Positions 52,010 to 64,000 of a stretch of 64,000 nucleotides of DNA are shown piece after piece (the first letter of the stretch is position 1; every line of letters begins with the position of its first letter). This DNA comes from Octopus sinensis (Eukaryota). The stretch is from positions 48,422,001 through 48,486,000 of the forward strand of contig NC_043009.1 of assembly GCF_006345805.1 (NCBI RefSeq), written 5' to 3'. A model generated the notes under the pieces. It made no database searches. It was not told where the DNA came from and worked only from the letters and a program-made list of their open reading frames with translations. The translations under genes and the position numbers were made by a program.

Positions 52010-52630
52010 GTTTCAAATGTTGGCACAATGCCAGCAATTTCGGTGGAGGGTATGAGTCGATTACATCAGCCCTAGTGTTCAGCTGGTATTTATTTTGTCG
52101 GCCCCGAAAGGAGGAAAGGCAAAGTCGACTGCGGCGGAATTTGAACGCAGTACGTAAGGACAAACGAAATGCGGTTATGCATTTTGCTCGGTGTGCTAAC
52201 GGTTCAGCCAACTTGCTGCCTTCGAGAGTTTTAATATTCCTTTCTACTCTAGGCACAAGGCCCGAAATTTTGGGGGAGGGGGCCAGTCGATGAGATTGAT
52301 CCCAGTACACAACTAGTACTTAATTTATCGACACCGAATGAATGAAAGGCGAAGTCGACCTCGGCGGAATTTGAACTGAGAACGTAGCGGCAGACGAAAT
52401 ACCTATTTCTTTACTATAAAAGGCTAAACACAGATGGGACGAACAAGGACAGACAAACGGATTAAGTCGATTATATCGACTCCCAGTGCGTAACCGGTAC
52501 TTATTTTAATCGACCCCGAAAGGATGAAAGCAAACTCGACCTCGGCGGAATTTGAACTCAGAACGCAGCAGCGGACGAAATACCACAAAGCACTTCGCCC
52601 GGCGTGCTAACGTCTCTATCAGCTTGCTGC
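52010..52630 (-). mobile_element. Family-A SINEs: one decayed copy (52010-52222) plus a dimer (52240-52630)
   Basis: Dimer junction aatacc|tatttc at 52403/52404 is identical to that at 14023/14024. Confidence 0.85.
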
Positions 52631-52829
52631 TTTACAGAGTTTTAATATTAGCTAATTCATGATGAAGGTCACCTGTTGCATTAAGTTCCAAACGGTTTCT
52701 CACATACAGTTACAGCATCTACGATACAGTGATGTACACTTTCAAAACGGTACTGTAGTTATGTGAAGATTCATTTTAAAACTATTCAATTTGTATTTCT
52801 CTCTGTCTACCGGAATCCACCTCCCTCTC

Positions 52830-52876
<47 letters not shown>

Positions 52877-53129
52877 CTCTTTCCTTCTTTCTTTCATAAA
52901 TAGAGAAATACATACAAACGCAGACACAAAGTTTATATAATCAATAATCTCATGTCCAATCGCCATATATTTGTAAGTTGGCCAATGATAATCTCTGTCA
53001 CGTTGTATTTCTAAATAGATTATTAATTTTTTCCCTCTCGAGTTTCTCTTATGTTTTACTGTTTTCACCTTCAGCGAACTGGGGATAATTAAGAAGTCAT
53101 AAAGTTGACCAGCTCTTCTTTGTTTATAT

Positions 53130-53165
<36 letters not shown>

Positions 53166-53339
53166 CACACACACATGTACAATCAGACAGACAAACATAC
53201 ACATACGCACACACGTGCTTGTATGAATATGTATTTGTGTGCTTGTGTGTATGTGTATTCATGCATTCATACATATTTATAAACGTATGTGTAAATATAC
53301 AAATATATATGAGTATGCACACAAAAGTATATATACTAA

Positions 53340-53421
53340 ATGCATATAGGTATCACTTTATATGTCTATCTATCTATCTATCTATCTAGCCCTGTGTGGA
53401 CAATAAAGAAAGTTATCTATT

Positions 53422-53473
<52 letters not shown>

Positions 53474-53492
53474 GAATATGTATTTATATGTA

Positions 53493-53545
<53 letters not shown>

Positions 53546-53754
53546 ATCTCTCTATATACACATATAAATTATATATATATATATATTATATACATGTGTG
53601 TGTGTCTATTATATATATATATATATGTATGCATATATATATATGCATGTATTTATATAATATATATATATATAATTATATATTATATATATATATATAT
53701 ATTATATATATATGTATGTGTGTATATATATATCTATTTATATCTATATGTAAG

Positions 53755-53808
<54 letters not shown>

Positions 53809-54341
53809 GTGTATATAATATATATATATTATATGTATATATGTATGTATACGTGTATGTATATTATACGAAACTGATACACAGGCTGGTGTGATTAGAG
53901 CCACTGAGTGTTGTTGAGTGGTAATTTTAGGCCCATCTACTTCTTTGCTTTTTATAATCTTGTTTACTTTTTTTCATTTTACTTGTATTTACTATTCTAT
54001 ATTTCTACGACCCATCAATGGACCAGCGGACCATACAGGCATCCATTTTCAAGAGAAATTCGTGCAAAAGAATAAACAGAGTTTCTCGAAGCTTCATATT
54101 AACTTCCAAGAATCGGTATGACTCTCAAACAAATATTCATAAACACATATGCACACATTGATAAACACACTTACACACACTCACACACACAAATACACAC
54201 ACGCATACGTCCACACAAGCGTATGATGCAAACACATATATACGTGCCTGTACAAAAATGTATGTGTGCTTATAGGTTCATATACATACGTACATACATA
54301 CATACATACATAAATACATACATACATACATACACACACAC

Positions 54342-54379
<38 letters not shown>

Positions 54380-55160
54380 ATGAAGAGAAAACTGCATGCA
54401 TAAGCACAAATATATTCAGGGGAATATTGACAGACATATACGCAGATTAAATAAACAGTTTTATAGTCACACAATAACGCAGACACACGAACACACATAC
54501 ATGTATGCATACACGCAGACACAGATGTGTAAACATTCATACGTACAAATACAAGCACGGCATGCATACATAGATAATAATACATAAATGCATACATACA
54601 TGCGTACATAAATATATGCATACATACAAACATATATGAATACATACATGCATACATACATGCATACATACATACATGAATACATACATATATGCATACA
54701 CACGTGCATACATGCATACATACATACACACATACATGCATACATACATGCAGGCATACATACATTCGTACATGCATGCATACATACATACAAACATGCA
54801 TACATACATATTTTCATGCATGCATACATATATACATACATACATGCATACATACATGTATGCATATATACATACATACATACATACATACATGCATGCA
54901 TACACACATGCATGCATACATATATACATACATACATGCATACATACATACATATATGCATACATACACACATGCATGCATACATACATGCATATATGCA
55001 TACATACATATAAGCATGCATACATATATGCTTACATACATGTATGCATACATGCATACATACATACATACATGTATGCACACATTTATGTATACATACA
55101 TGCATAAATACCTACATACATACATGTATACCTACATGCATACATACATACATATCCAAT
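53340..55160. repeat. (TA)n field and about 700-bp compound (CATA/CATG)n tract (54470-55160)
   Basis: Directly visible. Confidence 0.95.
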
Positions 55161-55750
55161 GTATGACATCTTTGTGAAAAGAAATGGTATATTTATTTTA
55201 GATATATTCCTATTTATTATTATTGTCAATAACCAATATTCTTGGTTGTGGATGTATGACGGGAGTAGTAGTAGTAGGATGAGGAGGAGGAGGGGGATGC
55301 AGAAGGAGAAGTAGAAGAGGAGGAGACTAATTATGTCTTTTTTCAGTTACATCATAATCATGGCCATTTTCTCCGTCCATCTCCCCCTCCCCCTCTTCCA
55401 CTGCCTCCTCCTCCTCCGCCTCTTCCTCCTCCTCCACTTCCTCGTTATCATCATCGAAGTCGCCTGTCATTATCACCCGTCGTCATTTTCATCATCTCAT
55501 AAAAGCCATCATCGCCATCAGTTTCCTTCTCCTCCTGCCCCTCTTGCTCTTCTAACTCCTCTTCCTGCTCTTCCTCTCCTCCCCTCCCCGTCATTATTAT
55601 TGGCATCAGTTTTTAATGTATTACCTAATTAAAACTGTATATCTTCTTTCAATTTCCATTACATACAAAACAACCCTCGGTAATATAAAGCTGGATAAGC
55701 TATTGTTATTATTATCATTGTTGTGGTAGTAGTGATAGTAGTAGTAGTAG

Positions 55751-55785
<35 letters not shown>

Positions 55786-56218
55786 CTTTGTTTTTGGTTT
55801 TTGTCGTCGTCGGTGTCATTGTTGTTGTTGCTTTGATGCAGACACACAAAGCTTTGTTCAGTTTATGAAATGGCAACTGGTTATGATATATAGACACAAC
55901 AACAACAACAACAACAACAACAAAAGGAACGATAATAACAACATCATCAACGATAACAACAATAACAAGAACAAGAACAATGGCAACAGCAGCAGCAGCA
56001 GCAGTAGCAGCAGCAGTAAATGTAATGACAAGAACATCAATAACCACAATAACAGCAACAACAACGAAAAGCAACAGCAGTGAAGTCTATATCAACAACG
56101 ACATCAATATCAACATCAATAACAAAAATTAAAATAAAAGCAACAGTATCAGCAGCATCAATACCATAAACAATACTCAGAAGTGTTCCAGCCGCCAAAA
56201 AAAATCCAAAAAACTAAA

Positions 56219-56620
56219 GGCGTAGGAGAGGCTGTGTGGTAAGTAGCTTGCTTACCAACCACATGGTTCCGGGTTCAGCGTAGCACCTTGAGCAAATGTC
56301 TTCTACTATAGCCTCGGGCCGACCAAAGCCTTGTGAGTGGATTTGGTAGACGGAAACTGAAAGAAGCCCATCGTATATATATATATATGTATATGTATGT
56401 GTGTGTATATGTTTGTGTGTCTGTGTTTATCCCCCCACCAACATCGCTTGACAACCGATGATTGTGTGTTTACGTCCCCCGTAACTTAGCGGTTCGGCAA
56501 AAGAGAGCGATGGAATAAGTACTAGGCTTGCAAAGAATAAGTCCTGGTCACGAATTGCTCGACTAAAGGCGGTGCTCCAGCATGGCCACAGTCAAATGAC
56601 TGAAACAAGTAAAAGAGAAT
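56219..56620 (+). mobile_element. Full-length family-C tRNA-derived SINE
   Basis: ggcgtaggagaggctgtgtgg A-box-like, ggttcag B-box-like (partly deleted), internal (TA/TG)n, tail gcggtgctccagcatggccacagtcaaatgactgaaacaagtaaaag. Confidence 0.9.
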
Positions 56621-56909
56621 AAAAGTGTAAAAAAGTATCAAAAGTAAAAAAAACAAAAAAGAAAAGCAATTGCCATGACAACTATATCTAATTTAATTAC
56701 AATTACAACAGCAAAAACAACACAAAAGAACAAAAAACTGTAGATACCACGACACTTTCAGTAAGTCCCCACCATTACCACAACAAAACAACAATAAAAG
56801 TCACCCCCACCCCTCCTTAAATCAGAATATGAAATGCAATACAATAAATATACTACAAACGAAATAAGAATAAAAAGTAATCCAAATATCAACAGATGAA
56901 CGCGTTATT

Positions 56910-57366
56910 ATGAAACACCACCACCAGAATTACTGCCACCAACACCATCACAATCACCATCACCACCAACACTGTCACCATCACCCTCACGTTCACCACC
57001 ATCACAAGCACCACGACTACCACTATGACTTCACTTTCGCTACCATTATCATGGTATCACTACCATCATCATGGGTACGACCAGCAGCATTACAACCGCC
57101 GCTACAGCTACTACGACCACACTACCATCTGAGCATCACCCTTACCATTAGGACGACCATCACTAACACTACTACCGCTACCTGTGCCACCATCAAAGTG
57201 CCACCATCACCAGTGCCACCACCATCAGTGCCACCACCATCAATACCACCACTACCAATGCCATAACTACCTGAACCACCACCGCCACCAATATTTTTAT
57301 TATTATTAGTAGTAGTATTATCATTATTATTATTAGTAGTAGTAGTAGTAGTATTAGTATTATCAA

Positions 57367-57420
<54 letters not shown>

Positions 57421-57427
57421 CATTATT

Positions 57428-57462
<35 letters not shown>

Positions 57463-57887
57463 TATAACCACCAAAACTACTACAACCACCAAAACCACCT
57501 CCACTACCACGACAACCATCACCACCACCACCAACAACAACAACAACAACCGTATGAACATGAATACCAAGAAGCAATATTTCCAAAAAACAACATCTAC
57601 TAAATCACCAGGGCCATATCACCAAAAACACCAGCGACAACAACAACAACAATTATACAACTAAGACATAACAAAAATCAAATTATCACAAAAAACATCA
57701 CCCCTACCACAACAACCATCACCGTCACTTACCCCGACCATCACTAGCGCCATCTTGACTTTAATCACAATTACACTAGCAACAGCTACAAGAACAATTC
57801 TTGCATCAACAATGACTAACCAAAACAAACAAGAAAAGACAAAAACTGACCGATATTAACAAAAATACATAAAAATAAATAAATACA

Positions 57888-57921
<34 letters not shown>

Positions 57922-58034
57922 GTAGCAAGATGAAGATGACAATGACAATGAGAAACAAAAGAAAAAATAAACAAAAGAAAATGGATTAAAAAACATGCGC
58001 TAACGAAAGTCAAAATGTAATGATAATAATAATA

Positions 58035-58119
<85 letters not shown>

Positions 58120-59016
58120 TAATAATAATATAATAATAATAATAATAATATAATAATAATAATATAATAATAATATAATAATAATAATAATAATAATAAT
58201 ATAATGAAAATTGTTTATATTTAAATAAAAACCCAAAAGCGAGATTACATCTCTCGTTGGTAAAGTCTGACATCTGTCATGGCTGGATAATATCTGAAAT
58301 GAAAGTAGAGTTAGTACAAAAGTAAAAATATAACGAAACGAAACATACACAGAGAGACAGGGATTGAGAGAGAAAGAGGAGAGAGATTAAGAGAAAGGGA
58401 GGGGGGGAATGATAAACAGGGAGGGACAATTGAAAGAGAACAATGTATTTTTTTATGTACTTCAATTCTTCTTCAATTGTTTTAGTGAGACAATGAAATT
58501 TTGTGGTGGTACAGACTAGCAGCCATAATTTTCATAAACATACAAAGAAGATGAACAAAATATAACTGGGATGATATGTTGGTCTATATAATATTGTTTT
58601 TTCTGCGTACTTCTTCGCTTTCTTTCTCTTTATAGATACATACATACATACATACATACATACATAGCATACATACATACATACATACATACATACATTC
58701 ATACATACATACATACACACACAAATATATATATACACACATATATTTACTTATATGTATGAATGTGAGCATATATGTATATATGTATATATATGGATAT
58801 ATATATATATATATATATATATCTATATTTTAATATTGTACATATATTTGTATATATGTATAAATATATACACAACACACATATATATCTATATGCATTT
58901 ATACATATACATACATCCGTTTAAATATACTTACATATATATATATATGTATGAGTATATATATAATATATACATATGTATTGTATATATATATAGTATG
59001 TATATATAAATATGTG

Positions 59017-59061
<45 letters not shown>

Positions 59062-59127
59062 GTATGTAGATATCTATATATATAGATATATATATATTTA
59101 TTTATTTATATTTATATATATACATAT

Positions 59128-59158
<31 letters not shown>

Positions 59159-59180
59159 CATATACACATATTTATATATA
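56910..59180. repeat. Low-complexity fields: (ACC/ATT) 56910-57800, (AAT)n 58020-58205, (TACA)/(TA)n 58630-59180
   Basis: Directly visible. Confidence 0.9.
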
Positions 59181-60942
59181 AGATATATATTTGTACTGAT
59201 ATATTTTGTCCATACATGAACTCGAGCAGACATAAAACAGTATTTACCTGACAATAAAAAACGAATGTAGATTTATCTCGTATTTATTTAATTTACGTTA
59301 TAATTTGTTTACTCAACTATTCATGTTTTCATTTATTTATTTATCTATTTTATTTTCAGTTTCTATGGAAAATTAATAAATCATCCAGTATTTTAATAGA
59401 ACTTTTTAGTAGAACTATATATATATATATATGCGTGTTATTCGGTGTAATAATCTGTGTGCATATATTGAGTTCAGATGTGTGTCTGTGTATGTATTTG
59501 TGTTTTCTTTGTTCGACAAATAATTTCCAGACTGTAAGATCGCACTCAACACCTGCAAAATATTAAAAAAAAAAAGAAAGTCTTTCGAATGACATGATGA
59601 CATTGGTAGAAATAGCTTATAACTAGTTGAGACAGACAGTTGATATCTCTCGCGCTTTTAATGTCTTTCTGATATTTTTGCAGCGAATTAAAAAGAAAAA
59701 GGGAAATGGATAATTTCTTACCTCGTCTTTTAACCAATGCCGTCTTTCAGCGGTGTTAATCAGAATTAATTAATTTCAAACATTCAAAGATATTACGTTA
59801 CGCAAGTGCAGCCAGAAACTCGAGATATTAGCTTTTTCTTTTAATTTTAGTGAGAACTGAGAAAGAGAGCGCGCATGGACATCTTCAAAACTTTCAAACC
59901 TAGTACGAAGGAGTGATAGAAAGAAGGATAGAAGGAAGCTAGCTATCTTCAAACTGGCGTCACTCTTCCAATGACTGTAAGAGCTAAAAGCACACACGAA
60001 GTATATATAGTGATGTCGAATACCAAATTAAGTCTATAGCATGGCTATATGGTGATAAGCTTGCTACCCAACACAGGGTTCCGGGTTCAGATATTTTTGC
60101 GATAAAGGACCTGAAATGGCTGTTACGTCGTAGCAGGACGTGCTAGAAATAGCAAGTAAATCTGTTCTTTTTTTTGTTGGAGAAAGGAGCCAGTTACCCG
60201 TGATTTCGATATCACATTCGTTGAAAGCATGCGAAATAACCTGGAAAAGAGAAAAATATACCCGCTAAACCAAACACTGTTGGTGGGAAACTTGGGGGTT
60301 TCCGGAAAACTCTGAGGACCCAACTACCCCTCTCCCCTTTTTTCCGGAAGAAAGTGGCTTGTGGCGGGTTTAAAGGGTTGAATGCACCTGAAAAAACTCG
60401 TGGAAAAAATTGCTTCACACAGATGTACAAACGGATCTTTCACGAAATATTTACCCAAGATCGGGACAGGCATATGAATAGAAGGATCGATGAGACGGAT
60501 AAAAAAAGGGCTGAGCGGCTGGCGAAACAGAATGAAAGAAACAAAAGCAGGAGATAGCATGAATTCGAATTCTGATGTGAATAGAAACGGAATAAAACAA
60601 GTTTCGGGTAATCAGACCACACGCCACGAACCATGAGAATCGCATTTTTTATTTCGGCTACCTTTATAAATAGCCAAACCGGCATATAATGTTTATTATT
60701 GCCATTGAACAGCAAACGATAAATATAAATTTTCAGGGACCCTATTTGGGATTTTTCGAAAATTTTTTTCATAATTTCCAAAATAATTCACATATGAAGA
60801 AGATTTCATTACTATATATTATTTTAACTCCCAAGACATTTGGCAAAGCTAACAAAATGTGAATAATAAAATTTGGCAGTTAATGGGTTAAAATTGTTGC
60901 ACCTAAATGCAAGAATTGTCTTCCATGTTACTCCTTAATTAG

Positions 60943-61070
60943 GCGCAGACTTGGTTGTGTGATAAGAAGATTGTTTCCCAACCACGTGGTTCCAGGTTCA
61001 GTTCTACTATAGATTCGGGCCTTGTGAATAGATTTGGTACACTGAAACTGAAAGAATCCCGTTGTATATG

Positions 61071-61101
<31 letters not shown>

Positions 61102-61226
61102 GTGTGTATGTGTGTGTGTGTAGGTATGTATGTCTATATGTATATATATATATATTGATATATATATACATACATTTATATACACACATATTATATATAC
61201 ATACATACATTTATGTATATATATAG

Positions 61227-61270
<44 letters not shown>

Positions 61271-61275
61271 TGTCT
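60943..61275 (+). mobile_element. Decayed family-C SINE (5' half) with expanded internal microsatellite
   Basis: ggcgcagacttggttgtgtgataagaag...cccaaccacgtggttcc...gaaactgaaagaatcccgtt. Confidence 0.7.
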
Positions 61276-61634
61276 GTGTTTTGAAAAATAAAAGAAGTAT
61301 AAAAACCCGCGTCATTTAGAGGGTGACCTAATATTTAAAAAGAATTTTTAAGACAATTCCTAAACGAATTCGAATATATAAATATATGATTCTTTAAAGA
61401 TTGAATGTCTAGGAGGGACTAACCCAGTAAAGGGCCCAGAAGTAAAAATGGTTGGTGAACACTGTCGTAGATAGTACATAGTGTCCCCATGTGTTTGTAT
61501 ATGTGAGTACACAGTTGTATATATATCATTTTACATATATTTATTCGCACATTGAAGTCAACTTAACAAAGAACATACAGGAACAAATAACTCTCTCTCA
61601 CACACACGCAGATATATATATATATATATAACAT

Positions 61635-61858
61635 ATGTGACGGGCTTCTTTCAGTTTCCGTCTATCAATTCCACTTTGGTTGGCCCGAAAACATTTCCCG
61701 ATTTTTCCACGCTGTGAACTCAGGGTTTGGGAGCTAATTAAAAGTGGGATTTCCTCCTTGACAACGATAACGAAATTAATCCATTGCCTGCCACGAGCGC
61801 CGTTTGGGGATCTGCTAAAAACAGTCTACTGAACCCGGAACCACGTGGTTAGGTAGCA
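61635..61858 (-). mobile_element. Family-C SINE head interrupted by unrelated sequence (about 61690-61828), truncated by the gap
   Basis: gacgggcttctttcagtttccgtct and ctgaacccggaaccacgtgg flank non-SINE sequence. Confidence 0.65.
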
Positions 61859-61958
61859 NNNNNNNNNNNNNNNNNNNNNNNNNNNNNNNNNNNNNNNNNN
61901 NNNNNNNNNNNNNNNNNNNNNNNNNNNNNNNNNNNNNNNNNNNNNNNNNNNNNNNNNN
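61859..61958. other. Assembly gap (100 N)
   Basis: Exactly 100 Ns, typical of a scaffolding join of unknown size; contiguity across it is not guaranteed. Confidence 0.98.
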
Positions 61959-62411
61959 GTATATACGGAAATTCTTAATGAATTGAAATTAATTTCTCAT
62001 TCGTTGAAAGCAAACAAATACCTAACGGCACTCGTTATTAGCAACACAATGGTAAGGGGATGTTACTGGAAGACATTAAGAACTAATTAAAAAGAAAATG
62101 AATTTTTATGCTTTAGGAAAACATAGCATAATTGGTTCAAACGCATTTGCAAACATGCACATGCATATACAGATACTAAATAATGCAATCATCCACTTTG
62201 TTACCATTCCTTATAAATCGTTCAAATATTTACACCTCTGCTTTAAAGAAATATAGTTGCCTTTTCGTCTAGTTCTAAACGCACGTATTCGCACGTATTA
62301 TCACTGCACTCACAGAAAAAGGTTTATGCAAAAACATCCAGACATATACACACAAGCACACAGCTGCGTGTGTGTGGTGCATATAAATAGAAATAAATAT
62401 ATATGTATATG

Positions 62412-62482
<71 letters not shown>

Positions 62483-62691
62483 TATATGTATATGCAAGAA
62501 TTAAAATCCGATGGAAGGAAAGCCGTCCCTTCTATAGAGACGGAAACATTCAAGTTTCACTGGCTTGGCGGTTTATATATATACAATCTAAATGTATCTA
62601 CATTCAATATACAAAAATGAAAAATCTATATTCAGTAAGCAAAAATGAAAATGGAGATTTACGATTGACACATTTTAATTTATTAACACAA

Positions 62692-62749
<58 letters not shown>

Positions 62750-62796
62750 GTTATTATTATTATATAAATATAATGTAAATATAAATATTTTAATCC

Positions 62797-63000
62797 TACA
62801 AATTTTTCAAATCAGACCCAAAAGTAAATTCATAAAAATTCATGTTTATGGGTAAGAATCTCATCAGGGGACTATTGGACAAATATTACATTTAGATCTA
62901 TAAATCATCATATATAATTTTTATTTCCCTGATGAGATTCTTACCCATAAACACGTATTTTTATACATTTATTTTTGGGTCTGAATTGAAACAATATGTA
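62797..63000. ncRNA. Inverted pair of hammerhead-ribozyme-like motifs (65-bp inverted arms, 57-bp spacer)
   Basis: Arms 62805-62869 and 62927-62991. Each carries CTGATGA-[long stem]-GAAA followed by GTA. Each copy lacks one helix. Confidence 0.45.
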
Positions 63001-63046
63001 TGTATACACACACAAACCCGCACATTGATAAGAATATACGCATAAA

Positions 63047-63268
63047 TACGAGGTGATGTTAAAAAGTTGCTGGTTTTCAAGATATTGTGAAAGGTCTGGT
63101 TGGAGGCCAAACCCTTCGAGTTCTTTTACAGGGCTTAGATAAACTGAACTACCGCTGCAATAAATGTACGAATCTGAGAGAGGAATATGTTGAATAAAAT
63201 CATAATTCACTGATCCTCCTATATTTTCTTTTACCCGGAGCCAGTAACTTTTCGGCATACACCACATA
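63047..63268 (+). mobile_element. Mariner-derived MITE retaining the transposase C-terminal end
   Basis: Left end TACGAGGTGATGTTAAAAAGTTGCTGG; right end CCAGTAACTTTT is a partial inverse. Internal TGLDKLNYRCNKCTNLREEYVE* resembles the mariner end GI..L..RW.KC...G.YVE. Confidence 0.7.
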
Positions 63269-63639
63269 GATATATATACATATACACTTATGTACATATA
63301 AAGTTATACATATACACTTATAAATACATGCACACACGTGCGTGCGATAGAAACACAAATGTATCGTATCCATTGATAAGAGTATAGATAAAAGACGATG
63401 TCTGTTTCTCGGTCATGAAATAAGATTCTCATTTTCAGGGAACCTTTCTCAAATTTGTTCTTAAGTCGACACTCATCCCAAGGATGGTAACTGAACGAAA
63501 CAAAGCAGACGACGTTCTGAGACGTAAAACAGTGAACGTTCTAGAAAACCCAAATTATGGCTCATCCTGGTAGATGAAGTGGTGTGGTAGCTTAGTCGAC
63601 GCGTTAGTGTAAGATATACTGCTATCTGTTTCAGTCATT

Positions 63640-63945
63640 AGATTGCAGCCATGCTAGTGAAATTAATCGATCAATTACTTCGTTTTGAAGCCTGATACTT
63701 ATTACATCGATTCCTTTACCATACCGCTAAGTTACAAGACATAAACACAGCAATACCCATATAAAACACACACATGTATATTATATAACACCTTATATAT
63801 TATATAACGGGTTTCTTTCAGTTTCTTTCAGATTTAGTTGGCCCGACGCTATAGTAGAAGCCACTTATTCAAGGTGCCACGCAGTGAGGCTTAAACCAGA
63901 ACTATGTCATTGGGAAGCAAGCTTCTTACCACACACCCACGCCTG
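63640..63945 (-). mobile_element. Decayed family-C SINE
   Basis: caaggtgccacgcagtg...gcaagcttcttaccacac...cgcc head and gtttcagtcatt...gccatgct tail. Confidence 0.75.
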
Positions 63946-64000
63946 CCCCTATATATATAGATATATATATATATATATAATATATATATATATAATTATA

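Noticed and set aside
60354-60557. 67-aa charged ORF
   Set aside because: No recognisable homology, start context or splice signals.
60640-60891. piggyBac-like right end (…AATGGG|TTAA)
   Set aside because: No matching TTAA|CCC left end or transposase remnant found.

Overview
AT-rich, repeat-saturated eukaryotic non-coding DNA (intergenic or deep intronic). The SINE families and extreme microsatellite density resemble Octopus (coleoid cephalopod) DNA; this is recall-based inference, not a database result. I can support no host protein-coding exon, rRNA or true tRNA gene. Nearly all ORFs in the track are translations of microsatellites (poly I/Y, C/V, H/T, N, L) or SINEs. Protein-like sequence is transposon debris: four same-orientation R4/Dong-like non-LTR fragments joined by (TAA)n tracts (33.4-36.3 kb), an internally deleted mariner plus mariner/Tc1 MITEs, a Tx1/L1-like 3' fragment and a possible HERO-like 3' end. 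The window also holds a Helitron-like element, a palindromic hAT-like MITE, a 38-bp-TIR MITE, about 40 tRNA-derived SINE copies built from interchangeable heads and tails, several local direct and inverted duplications, and a 100-N gap. The most unusual signals are hammerhead-ribozyme-like motifs (an inverted pair at 62.8-63.0 kb and a non-canonical-core variant in two Penelope-like repeat ends), the R4/Dong train, SINE dimers with a recurrent junction, and an inverted SINE pair sharing private variants. SINE and repeat boundaries are approximate (about +/-10-20 bp) unless a TSD or TIR is cited.
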